From Shewanella amazonensis SB2B (GTDB taxonomy: Bacteria; Pseudomonadota; Gammaproteobacteria; Enterobacterales; Shewanellaceae): DNA of 24,000 nucleotides. Location of the stretch: the NCBI RefSeq assembly GCF_000015245.1, contig NC_008700.1:4250317-4274316 (forward strand). Reading direction: 5' to 3'. The number at the start of each line of letters is the position of its first letter. The stretch's first letter is position 1. The position numbers and the translations under genes are program-made. Below, in pieces: positions 1 through 8,295 of this stretch. The notes beneath the pieces are model-generated. The model did no database searches, was not told the DNA's origin, and worked only from the letters and a program-made list of their open reading frames with translations.

Positions 1-18
1 TGTGGTGTCCGATTGTGC

Positions 19-47
19 AAAAAGGCCCAGTCAAAACTGGGCCTTTT
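19..47. terminator. Third copy of the hairpin, bidirectional-terminator-like
   Basis: AAAAA-GGCCCAGT-CAAA-ACTGGGCC-TTTT. The 8-bp GC-rich stem is flanked by A and T runs. Confidence 0.55.
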
Positions 48-135
48 CAGCAATGGACTAAACGTCAGTCCTTGTATTTCAAGCTGCCATTGGCTTTGAT
101 TTCATCGTACTAGAGGCTGTGGTGTCCGATTGTGC

Positions 136-163
136 AAAAAGGCCCAGTCAAAACTGGGCCTTT
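136..163. terminator. Second copy of the hairpin, bidirectional-terminator-like
   Basis: AAAAA-GGCCCAGT-CAAA-ACTGGGCC-TTT. On the minus strand the stem is followed by TTTTT. Confidence 0.55.
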
Positions 164-267
164 CTCAACACTGGACCAGACATCAGTCCTTGTATTTCAA
201 GCTGCCATTGGCCTTGATTTCGCTGGATGTTGTAAAAAGCCAGAGGTTGTGGTGCCAGATTATGTAG

Positions 268-295
268 AAAGGCCCAGTAAAAACTGGGCCCTTTT
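268..295 (-). terminator. Gene-proximal hairpin terminator of fdhC, with a weak U-tract
   Basis: Minus strand reads GGGCCCAGT-TTTT-ACTGGGCC followed by TTTC, starting 18 nt after the fdhC stop codon. Confidence 0.6.
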
Positions 296-312
296 CAACA
301 CTGGACTATAGA

Positions 313-1329
313 TCAGTCCTTGTATTTCAAGCTGCCATTGGCTTTGATTTCATCGTACCAGAGGTTGTGGTGTTGAATAGCCCAGTTTTCATCACAGTAA
401 CCGGACTTCATACACTCCATACCACCTTCGCTGAGCACTGTCGCCATCCAGATATGCACTATGGTAAAGGCGATGATGATGATGGCACTGATGGCGTGGA
501 TCAGCAGGGCCGCCATTGAGGCTTCCCGCGGCAGATCCAGGCCTGGCAGCACCAACATCACCCCGGTCACGCTGATAAACAGACCGAAGATGGTCAGGGT
601 CCAGAACCACATCTTCTCACCGGCATTGGCGAAACCACTGTCGGGATGCTTGCCCTTGAAGGGGCCAAAGTTGATGTAGCCACCCACCAGCAGGAACCAT
701 TTAAGGTCATACAGCTTGAAGGTTTGCAGCGGCATCCACTTCACCACACACAGTATCCAGGCCAACATAAACACGGGCCCGGCAAAGTCGTGCACTGTCT
801 TACTGCCGTAGATGAGCGATGCCCACAAACCCGAGCCCACATAGGGTTCGAGTACATGGCGCCCCAGCATGATGGTTAAACCGGTGAAGATCAGCAGCAT
901 ACAGGCAATGGCCATCACCCAGTGGATAGTCAGATCCGCCTTGCTCCAGCGTGCCACCAGCTTACCCGAGAAGCCGTGATGCAGCTTCGAGGGGCCGTTG
1001 ACCAGATAGAACAGCAGGAAGGCACCGAACACACCCACTACAGCAAAACCCATGACGGGGGTCAGATACTGGTTGCGGACTTCCTTACCCTGATTACCGG
1101 CCACGTTGATGAGCACGCCTGCCTCAACGCCCTGGGCGGTGGTATAACCGGATTCACCGGCTTTTACCGCACGCCACAGATCGGCATCACTGGTTTGCAC
1201 AGCCTGTTGTTGGCTGGATTGCTCATCGGCGGCCCAGGCACCCGAAACGGGTCCCATCACCAGAGCTATCGCCAACAAGGCCACAGACCAGAGCTGCTGC
1301 AGTGACTTGTTAAACGTTTTGGATAACAT
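313..1329 (-). CDS. fdhC: Formate dehydrogenase gamma (cytochrome b, membrane) subunit
   Basis: The ORF track gives 313-1359. I prefer the ATG at 1329, which has AGGAG 5 nt upstream and gives MLSKTFNK...GAWA, a signal-like N-terminus. The protein has multiple hydrophobic helices containing His residues. It is the last gene after the FDH catalytic and Fe-S subunits. Confidence 0.85.
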   Translation of the reverse strand: MLSKTFNKSLQQLWSVALLAIALVMGPVSGAWAADEQSSQQQAVQTSDADLWRAVKAGESGYTTAQGVEAGVLINVAGNQGKEVRNQYLTPVMGFAVVGVFGAFLLFYLVNGPSKLHHGFSGKLVARWSKADLTIHWVMAIACMLLIFTGLTIMLGRHVLEPYVGSGLWASLIYGSKTVHDFAGPVFMLAWILCVVKWMPLQTFKLYDLKWFLLVGGYINFGPFKGKHPDSGFANAGEKMWFWTLTIFGLFISVTGVMLVLPGLDLPREASMAALLIHAISAIIIIAFTIVHIWMATVLSEGGMECMKSGYCDENWAIQHHNLWYDEIKANGSLKYKD

Positions 1330-1388
1330 TTTCACTCCTATAGCGGCAACAGAGCCCATTTAAGGCGCCCTGTTGCCACAGCTTGGCC

Positions 1389-1985
1389 TCAGTTAATCTC
1401 ACCTGTCTGAGGGTTGTAGCCCCAGATCACGTTGGGATTGCCGCGGGCAGCCATACGCTCACGGTAGATGCTGGATACGACATCTGCATCACCGGCGAGC
1501 AGCGCCTTGGTGGCACACAGCTCGGCGCACATAGGCAGTTTGCCTTCGGCGATACGGTTGGCACCGTACTTCTGGCGTTCGGCGTCGGAGAAGTTCTCCT
1601 CAGGGCCACCGGCGCAGAAGGTGCACTTGTCCATCTTGCCGCGACTGCCAAAGGCGGTCTTTTTCGGGAACTGCGGCGCACCGAACGGACAGGCGTAGAA
1701 GCAGTAGCCACAACCGATACAGGTATCTTTGTTGTGCAGCACTATGCCGTCGTCGGTTTTGTAGAAGCAGTTCGCCGGACACACCGCCATACAGGGCGCG
1801 TCGGTACAGTGCATACAGGCAACCGAGATTGAGGCCTCGCCGGGTTCACCATCACGGATGGTGACTACACGGCGACGCTGAATACCCCACTCGAGAGCGG
1901 AGTCGTTTTCGTTCTTACAAGCGGTGACACAACCGTTACACTCGATGCAGCGCTTGGTGTCACACAGAAATTTCATGACTGCCAT
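1389..1985 (-). CDS. fdhB: Formate dehydrogenase Fe-S (beta) subunit, a ferredoxin-like protein with multiple [4Fe-4S] clusters
   Basis: Cys motifs present: CIECNGCVTAC, CMHCTDAPCMAVCP, CIGCGYCFYACP and CTFC...C. GAGGAG lies 9 nt upstream of the ATG. The gene sits 27 nt downstream of fdhA. Confidence 0.9.
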   Translation of the reverse strand: MAVMKFLCDTKRCIECNGCVTACKNENDSALEWGIQRRRVVTIRDGEPGEASISVACMHCTDAPCMAVCPANCFYKTDDGIVLHNKDTCIGCGYCFYACPFGAPQFPKKTAFGSRGKMDKCTFCAGGPEENFSDAERQKYGANRIAEGKLPMCAELCATKALLAGDADVVSSIYRERMAARGNPNVIWGYNPQTGEIN

Positions 1986-2012
1986 AATGGCTTTCTCCTC
2001 ATCAAGTTACGG

Positions 2013-4862
2013 TCAGGCTTTAGTGATTTGGCACAGACTGGACTTGGTTTCCTGCATCTGGGTCACAGGGTCATAACCATAGGTCAGTACTGTGTTGGCA
2101 GATTCACCCTGTACGTAAGGCACTGTGCCTTCAGGGTAATTCTTAACCAAGCTCTCACCTTCAAAGATGCCCGCAAAGTGATATGGCATAAAGCATTCAC
2201 CGGCAATCACCCTTGGGGTCACCATGGCTTTAACGGTGATCACAGCGCCTTCTGGGCCATGAACTTTCACGTCGTCACCATCGCGGATACCACGGTCAGC
2301 GGCATCCCCCGGGTTGATTTCGATAAACATCTCCTGCTGCAGCTCTGCCAGCCATGGGTTGGAGCGGGTTTCTTCACCACCACCTTCGTATTCCACCAAG
2401 CGGCCAGAGGTCAATGCCAGAGGGAAGTCCTTGGAGAAGTCCTTCTCCTGGATTGACTTGTACAGGGTTGGCAGACGGTGAACCATGCGGTCGTCGTAGG
2501 TTGGATACTTGGCCACCAAATCACGACGTGGGGTGTACAGCGGCTCACGGTGCAGCGGGATATCGTCCGGGAAGTTCCACACGATACAACGGGCCTTGGC
2601 GTTACCGTAAGGAATACAACCGTGCTTGATGGCAACGCGCTGGATACCGCCGGATACGTCGGTCTTCCAGTTCTTGCCTTCGGCGTATTTCTTCTCTTCT
2701 TCGGTCAGGTCATCCCACCAGCCGAGCTGCTTGAGCATGTCAGCGGTAAACTCGGGGTAACCGTCCTGAATTTCAGCGCCCTTGGAGTAGGTGCCTTCCG
2801 CCAGAAGGTTGTTACCTTCATGCTCCACACCGAAGCGGGCACGGAAGTTACCACCACCGAAACGCACTTCACGGTCGGTACGGTAAAGGATTTGGGTACC
2901 GGGATGCTTCATCTCGGCTGTACCCCAACATGGCCATGGCAGACCATAGGTCTCACCCTTGGCTGGGCCACCGGGTGCTTCGAGGCTGTTCACATCGAAG
3001 GTGCCCCAGTTTTGCTGGTGCATCTTCAGACGCTCAGGGCTCTGGCCTGTGTAACCGATGGTCCACATGCCGCGGTTGAATTCGCGGGTCACATCTTCCA
3101 CCAGCGGCTCGTCACCGTTGACCTGGATGTGCTTACAGAATTCTTTTTCCACGCCCCACTTCTTGGCCAGTTTGTACATGATCACGTGGTCAGGCAGTGA
3201 TTCGAACAGCGGCTCAATGACCTTATCGCGCCACTGCAGCGAACGGTTGGAGGCAGTTACCGAACCATAGGTCTCGAACTGGGTGGCGGCAGGCAGCAGG
3301 TACACACCGTCAGTGCGCTGGTGCATAACACCGGCCATGGTTGGGAAGGGGTCAACTACGACCACTGTGTCCATCTTGTTCAGTGCTTCACGCACTTCAC
3401 GGCCACGGGTTTCGGTGTTGACTGACTGGCCCCAGAAGAATGCCAGACGAATGTTGTCTTTCTGGGCAATCTTGGTCTTGTCTTCCAGCACACCATCGTG
3501 CCAGCGGGAACAAGGAATACCAGCGGTGGTTTGTGGCTGCTTGCCGAGGTACTCGCCCTGATCGAAGCGGCCGGATACCCAGGCAGGATCCAGATCCCAT
3601 ACGTTGCTCCAGTGCGCCCAGGCACCGGAAGTCAGACCATAGTAACCTGGCAGGTTGTCGAACAGCAGACCAAAGTCGGTGGCGCCCTGTACGTTATCGT
3701 GGCCACGGAAAATGTTGGTACCGCCACCGGACACGCCCATGTTGCCCAGAGCCAACTGCAGAATACAGTAAGCGCGGGTGTTGGCATTACCTACGTGGTG
3801 CTGGGTACCACCCATACACCAAACGATGGTGCCTGGCTTGTGTTCGGCCATCATCTTGGCCACGCGGTACATTTGTGCCTTGGAGACACCCACCACGTTT
3901 TCCACTTCTTCCGGCGTCCAGCGCTTCACTTCGTCCTGAATACGTTCCATACCGTATACACGGGACTTGATAAAGGCCTCATCGTGCCAGCTGTTTTCGA
4001 AGATATGCCACAGCAGACCGTAGATGAAGGGGATATCGGTACCGGGACGGATATGCACGTACTCGTCGGATTTAGCCGCAGTACGGGTGAAACGTGGGTC
4101 AACCACAATGATTTTGGCGCCGCGCTCTTTACCTGTGAGCACGTGCTGCATGGCAACGGGGTGCGCTTCGGTTGGGTTGGAGCCGATAAACATCATGCAC
4201 TTGGAGTTGCGCATGTCGTTGAAGGAGTTGGTTTGCGCACCATAACCCCAGGTGTTGGCCACACCGGCTACAGTGGTAGAGTGACAAATACGGGCCGAGT
4301 GGTCGACGTTGTTGGTGCCCCACATGGCCGCGAGTTTGCGGTACAGATAAGATTGTTCGTTGGAGAACTTGGCCGAACCCATGAAATACACGGAATCGGG
4401 ACCGGATTGTTCGCGGATGCTGAGCATCTTGTCGCCAATCTCGTTGATGGCCTGATCCCAGCTGAGTTTCTTCCACTTACCGCCTTCAAGTTTCATTGGG
4501 TACTTGAGGCGCTTTTCACCGTGGCCGTGTTCACGCAGAGAGGCACCCTTGGCACAGTGGCCGCCCTGGTTGAAGGGGTGGTCGAAAGCCGGTTCCTGAC
4601 CAGTCCACACGCCATTTTGTACTTCGGCGTAGATACCGCAACCCACAGAGCAGTGAGAGCAGATGGTACGCTTCACTTCGGTTGGGGCATTGTGTGGCAC
4701 GTCTTTGGCTTCGGCGCGGCGCATCATGCCGGTACCCAGCATGGAGGCAGCGGCGATACCACCGGTGGCAAAACCGGCTGACTTGAGGAACTGACGGCGA
4801 TTCATGCCGAGGCTGGGCTTTTCTGCCTGACGGGCCTCGGTGGAGGTGCGTGTCAATCGCAT
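2013..4862 (-). CDS. fdhA: Formate dehydrogenase catalytic (alpha) subunit: a molybdo/tungstopterin, Tat-exported enzyme with Cys rather than Sec at the active site
   Basis: Twin-arginine motif NRRQFLK and N-terminal CSHCSVGCG 4Fe-4S motif. The segment SARICHSTTVAG aligns with E. coli FdnG ARV-U-HGPTVA, and the codon here is TGT (4284-4286), not TGA. AAGGAG lies 6 nt before the ATG at 4862. An alternative ATG at 4805 would start at MNRRQFLK. Confidence 0.95.
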   Translation of the reverse strand: MRLTRTSTEARQAEKPSLGMNRRQFLKSAGFATGGIAAASMLGTGMMRRAEAKDVPHNAPTEVKRTICSHCSVGCGIYAEVQNGVWTGQEPAFDHPFNQGGHCAKGASLREHGHGEKRLKYPMKLEGGKWKKLSWDQAINEIGDKMLSIREQSGPDSVYFMGSAKFSNEQSYLYRKLAAMWGTNNVDHSARICHSTTVAGVANTWGYGAQTNSFNDMRNSKCMMFIGSNPTEAHPVAMQHVLTGKERGAKIIVVDPRFTRTAAKSDEYVHIRPGTDIPFIYGLLWHIFENSWHDEAFIKSRVYGMERIQDEVKRWTPEEVENVVGVSKAQMYRVAKMMAEHKPGTIVWCMGGTQHHVGNANTRAYCILQLALGNMGVSGGGTNIFRGHDNVQGATDFGLLFDNLPGYYGLTSGAWAHWSNVWDLDPAWVSGRFDQGEYLGKQPQTTAGIPCSRWHDGVLEDKTKIAQKDNIRLAFFWGQSVNTETRGREVREALNKMDTVVVVDPFPTMAGVMHQRTDGVYLLPAATQFETYGSVTASNRSLQWRDKVIEPLFESLPDHVIMYKLAKKWGVEKEFCKHIQVNGDEPLVEDVTREFNRGMWTIGYTGQSPERLKMHQQNWGTFDVNSLEAPGGPAKGETYGLPWPCWGTAEMKHPGTQILYRTDREVRFGGGNFRARFGVEHEGNNLLAEGTYSKGAEIQDGYPEFTADMLKQLGWWDDLTEEEKKYAEGKNWKTDVSGGIQRVAIKHGCIPYGNAKARCIVWNFPDDIPLHREPLYTPRRDLVAKYPTYDDRMVHRLPTLYKSIQEKDFSKDFPLALTSGRLVEYEGGGEETRSNPWLAELQQEMFIEINPGDAADRGIRDGDDVKVHGPEGAVITVKAMVTPRVIAGECFMPYHFAGIFEGESLVKNYPEGTVPYVQGESANTVLTYGYDPVTQMQETKSSLCQITKA

Positions 4863-4892
4863 CTTAATCTCCTTGGTTAAAGGTTACCTGGC

Positions 4893-5087
4893 TCAGTTGC
4901 GCAGGGTGGCGTAGTAATTGCGGATATGTTCAGTCTCGCGGTACTTGTCGCTTTGCGCTTCAGGTGCGGCTTCGGCTGGGGCTGCAGTAGCGCTGCCAGC
5001 CACTGTGGCCGCTGCCACGGCACCACCGCCAATGGCCAGAGCCTTGAGCAGTTCGCGACGACTCATTTCGGAAGCTTGCTTCTTCAT
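4893..5087 (-). CDS. 64-aa twin-arginine-signal mini-protein (the 'formate dehydrogenase region TAT target' type)
   Basis: SRRELLK followed by an Ala/Gly-rich h-region and then AAPAEA. The predicted mature part is only about 30 aa. AAGGAG lies 6 nt upstream of the ATG. The gene is immediately upstream of fdhA. Confidence 0.8.
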   Translation of the reverse strand: MKKQASEMSRRELLKALAIGGGAVAAATVAGSATAAPAEAAPEAQSDKYRETEHIRNYYATLRN

Positions 5088-5176
5088 GTTGTCTCCTTGT
5101 TGTTATCGCACCCGGCCTCGCCGGGCAGTGTTTTGTGGCGGCTCTCGCCGCCGGTTTCTTGTCCTGCCTGTCAGAA

Positions 5177-5842
5177 TTAATGCACTTCAACCGCTTCCTG
5201 ACTGGCGGGGGCAATCTCGGCCGAGCCCGGGCAATTTACAGGGATGTCCAGACTCAGCTGTTCAAACTCATTGGCTTCCACGGCAAAAAAGGCCTTGGCA
5301 AGCTGGGCCACGGTGGCGTAGAAGGCAGAACTTGGCGCTTTGGCCACGGCATCACAGAAGCGGTCTATCCAGCTGCCAATATGGCGCTGATAGAAGGCCA
5401 GTTGGCGATAGCCTGGGGCTTCGAGGATAAGCACGCCCATGACTTCGCACAGGGCTGCCACGTGATCTTCGGGCTCCTTGACGTTTTCCTCACGCTCAAA
5501 GCCCATCTGGGCCAGATCCTGGCGCAGAAGCGCCAGCGGCGTGTCCATCAGGGAGCCTGTCATAAACCAGCTGCCGTAGGGCAGGATTTCACCGCAGCCC
5601 ACGCCAAGAAACAGCACGAAGTACTCGTCTTCCAGCTGCTCCGGTGTGAACTGACCTGCTGCCAGCTTGATGGCGGCCCAGGCACGGGTCATGTCGTTAT
5701 CCAGTTCGTCCTCAACGTCCAGGCCCTGTAAAAAGGCCAGCAGTTCGGCTGAGGGGGCACGGCGCAACAAGGCCGCCAACAACTGGTATATGTCTGCCCG
5801 GAACTGATCGTTCTCTGATACTTGTCGAATAGCTTGGGTCAT
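5177..5842 (-). CDS. TorD/DmsD-family redox-enzyme maturation chaperone
   Basis: The size (221 aa), the N-terminal RADIYQLLAALL pattern typical of TorD-like proteins, and the position inside a molybdoenzyme operon all fit. Confidence 0.75.
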   Translation of the reverse strand: MTQAIRQVSENDQFRADIYQLLAALLRRAPSAELLAFLQGLDVEDELDNDMTRAWAAIKLAAGQFTPEQLEDEYFVLFLGVGCGEILPYGSWFMTGSLMDTPLALLRQDLAQMGFEREENVKEPEDHVAALCEVMGVLILEAPGYRQLAFYQRHIGSWIDRFCDAVAKAPSSAFYATVAQLAKAFFAVEANEFEQLSLDIPVNCPGSAEIAPASQEAVEVH

Positions 5843-5852
5843 AGCGCGTCTC

Positions 5853-7517
5853 TTATCTCAGTTGCTTTTCCGGATCTTGAAGGATGTCTTCAAACATGTC
5901 TTTCACGCGGCAATCGCCACACATCTTGAGTCGTTCGATGTTGGCGGAAAATGCCGAGTGCATGCCGACCATATCCAGCATCCGGTGCACCATGGATTGG
6001 GTCGCAAAGGGCGCGCCGCAGCGCACACACTCAAAGGGTTTTTCTTCCTTGAGTACCCGCGCCGCCTGACGGCTGGGAGCATCAAAATTCACCTGGGGCA
6101 CCAGGCTGATAACCTTCTCGGGGCACGCAGCTTCACAGAGGCCACACTGCACACAGTTTTGTTCGGTAAACAGCAGCTTGGGTTCATCTCCGCCGTCCTT
6201 GAGGGCGGCTGTGGGACAAATAGCCACACAGGACATACACAGGGTGCAGTTATCGGTGGCGACGGTGACCTTACCGAAGGGGATGTTGCCCATGGGCAGA
6301 ATGCTGTTGATATCGGCAGCCTGACTGTTGAGGTGATCAATCGCGGCATACAGGGTGTCGCGCTTGCTGCCACCGCCAAAGGCGGCTGGAACCGTCACCG
6401 GCCAATCCAGACTGATATCCAGTGCAGGCGTCAGCGCAGCCAGCTCAGCCTCGTCAATCAAACGCACGCGCTCTGGCTGACCCATTTCGGCCAAAATACG
6501 ACAGGCCAGTGCAATTTCGCCCTTGAGCATGGTGGTGAGGGTGGGCGCTGTGGCCTGGGTATTGAGCACCAAGACTTCGCGGGCACCCCACGCCAGAGCC
6601 GCCAGCCAATGGTCCATTGACGCCACGGTGATTTCTTCCAGTGCTACCGGCAGAACCTCTCCTGGCAAGGTGTCATTGATGAGCGCTGCGCCCTGATTCT
6701 GGTCGTGGAACAGGATCACCGGCGCTTCGAGGGCCTCATCGCGAAAACGGGAAACCAGTTTGTTGAGGAAACTGTGCAACGCCTGAGGGTTTGGCAAATC
6801 GTAACTGATGGCACCCGTTGGACAGGCATTGGTACAGCTTCCGGCACCGTGACACAGGTAAGGGTCGATTTCGATTTTCTTTTCCACGCTCTGAATGGCA
6901 TCAGCGGGGCAGAAATTGAGGCAGCGGTTGCAACCATTGAGCCCATTGCGGTTGTGGGCGCACAGGTCGGCATTCACCTTCACATAGCGGGGTTTGTCGA
7001 ACTGGCCGACCAAATCGGGAATTTGCGCCACCGCATCAGCCAGTTTGGCTTCGTCCTGCCCAACATGAAAATAGCCGGGTGGCAGCAGTTCCAGCTGAAT
7101 GGCAGGCTCAATGGACAGATCAAGCACTATGTCGAAATGGGGGCGGCGAATCGCCACGGTAGACAACTGGGCCTGGGTGCCATTTTGCTCCACCGTAGCC
7201 TGAAACTGACCAAGAAAGCCCTTGATGGACACCAGCTTGTTGTAATAACTCTCGACATCGGGGGCGGCATTCATCACCCGCTCGAGGTGCGCTTCATCCT
7301 GACTGGAAATATCGTCGGTGGCCAGAATCACCAGGCTCGCCATGGCAGACAGCTTGCCTGCGGCCAGACGGGCCAAGTCCTCTGCGCCGAGAATAAGGAC
7401 ATGTCCCTCGGTGGAATAACTCACCGTGGGTGGGATCAGGTTCCCGAGGATCCGGGTTTGTGCCAATACCTGACTGCGGATATCCGCGTGTCTGGCCCTG
7501 CGTGTTGTCTCTATCAT
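5853..7517 (-). CDS. Large multi-cluster 4Fe-4S ferredoxin-domain protein of unknown role (FDH accessory)
   Basis: Cys motifs present: C-x10-CNRCLNFCP, CHGAGSCTNACP (middle Cys missing), CTLCMSCVAICP, CVQCGLCEAACP, and a C-terminal CVRC...CGDC. The 7595 start in the ORF track is a TTG. The first ATG is at 7517. A GTG at 7523 has AGGAA 6 nt upstream and is an equally plausible start. Confidence 0.8.
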   Translation of the reverse strand: MIETTRRARHADIRSQVLAQTRILGNLIPPTVSYSTEGHVLILGAEDLARLAAGKLSAMASLVILATDDISSQDEAHLERVMNAAPDVESYYNKLVSIKGFLGQFQATVEQNGTQAQLSTVAIRRPHFDIVLDLSIEPAIQLELLPPGYFHVGQDEAKLADAVAQIPDLVGQFDKPRYVKVNADLCAHNRNGLNGCNRCLNFCPADAIQSVEKKIEIDPYLCHGAGSCTNACPTGAISYDLPNPQALHSFLNKLVSRFRDEALEAPVILFHDQNQGAALINDTLPGEVLPVALEEITVASMDHWLAALAWGAREVLVLNTQATAPTLTTMLKGEIALACRILAEMGQPERVRLIDEAELAALTPALDISLDWPVTVPAAFGGGSKRDTLYAAIDHLNSQAADINSILPMGNIPFGKVTVATDNCTLCMSCVAICPTAALKDGGDEPKLLFTEQNCVQCGLCEAACPEKVISLVPQVNFDAPSRQAARVLKEEKPFECVRCGAPFATQSMVHRMLDMVGMHSAFSANIERLKMCGDCRVKDMFEDILQDPEKQLR

Positions 7518-7650
7518 GCTCACGTTGCGTTCCTGAACAGTTCTTTGGCTGTTTCTGTACGTAAGGGTCGGTGTTTTTCTGTTTATTTTGCGCAACTTGC
7601 GCCACCTGACCGCACTATTTACAGCAATTCACATACCAGTTTTATGGACA

Positions 7651-8295
7651 TTAAACTCGGTTAAACTGACCCTGAGCGACAGGGCTCTCTGCCTCTGTAA
7701 CTTCCTCCAGGTCATTTTGGGACAACTGCTCTGGCTCCTCAGGCAAATTGTCCTCCGCATCGGCCAGCACCTCTCCCCTGGGGGCGGACGTTGCTGCGAC
7801 CTGAGGCTCTTCCTCTTCGGTGGTGGCTTCCATCACGTGCCTGAACACCTTTTTCGCCAGCTCCATCGAGGCATCGGCGCTCAGTTTGGGCTGATTGGAA
7901 TAGTCGAGTGCATACTCAATCAGGCCGTCGATATGGTTGTACTGGGGTTGCTTCCACAGGGCGCGCAGGGCAGCCGTGCGGGTCAGTGGATCGACATCGG
8001 TCGACATAAAGCGGGCAAAACTGCCGCCCACCTCGATGGAATCGGGATCCGGCAAGGGTTCAGCGGGCACCTCGGCAGCGCCATCAGCTTCAACCTCCGC
8101 GCTTAAGTCCGCTGGGGTATCAGCCACTTTGGGGGCATCAGTCAGCGCAGCATCAGCCGTCGGCAGGACCTCAGGAGCAGTAATCGATGCGTCGGTAAGC
8201 TCTTGCGTGTTCGCAAGCTCAGCGGCTTCTTCGGCGGCTACCGCTTCACGCCGGGCTTGCCAGCGTCCCAAAAAACCGCGGGAAGTATCACTCAT
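7651..8295 (-). CDS. DUF3306-like acidic protein (uncharacterised)
   Basis: N-terminal GFLGRWQARRE and an Ala/Glu/Asp-rich low-complexity centre. The ATG at 8295 overlaps the upstream stop as TGATG. The 8298 start in the ORF track is a TTG one codon upstream. Confidence 0.7.
   Translation of the reverse strand: MSDTSRGFLGRWQARREAVAAEEAAELANTQELTDASITAPEVLPTADAALTDAPKVADTPADLSAEVEADGAAEVPAEPLPDPDSIEVGGSFARFMSTDVDPLTRTAALRALWKQPQYNHIDGLIEYALDYSNQPKLSADASMELAKKVFRHVMEATTEEEEPQVAATSAPRGEVLADAEDNLPEEPEQLSQNDLEEVTEAESPVAQGQFNRV

Larger units (their letters stand above)
1..372. repeat. Tandem array with periods of 118 and 130 bp. Each unit holds a copy of the 3' end of the fdhC CDS (HHNLW...KYKD plus stop), a spacer and a GC hairpin. 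The array is truncated by the left window edge.
   Basis: The string TCAGTCCTTGTATTTCAAGCTGCCATTGGCTTTGATTTCATCGTAC at 313-358 (the real gene tail) recurs perfectly at 65-110. It recurs at 38/39 at 183-221. CAGAGGTTGTGGTG (359-372) recurs at 241-254 and, at 12/14, at 111-124. The hairpin GGCCCAGT-N4-ACTGGGCC occurs three times. Confidence 0.9.

Noticed and set aside
60-125. Mini-ORFs inside the tandem repeat units, for example ATGAAATCAAAGCCAATGGCAGCTTGA on the minus strand, and the pseudo-tail reading frames
   Set aside because: They are 8-23 codons long with no SD sequence. One pseudo-tail carries an in-frame TAG. There is no evidence of independent translation, so I treat them as non-coding repeat sequence.
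3498-4781. Long antisense ORFs opposite well-supported genes. Examples: 3498-4781 (+, 427 aa), 6705-7664 (+), 16293-17189 (+), 14879-15595 (+), 5135-5731 (+) and 10833-11402 (+).
   Set aside because: Each is fully embedded opposite a gene with clear family motifs. Their translations are low-complexity and Gly/Arg/His/Val-rich, as expected for shadow frames in GC3-rich DNA. None has an SD sequence or recognisable motifs.
2013-4862. Possible selenocysteine (in-frame TGA plus SECIS) in the FDH catalytic subunit
   Set aside because: The reading frame is uninterrupted, and the position aligned with Sec of E. coli FdnG is a TGT Cys codon (4284-4286). No recoding is needed.
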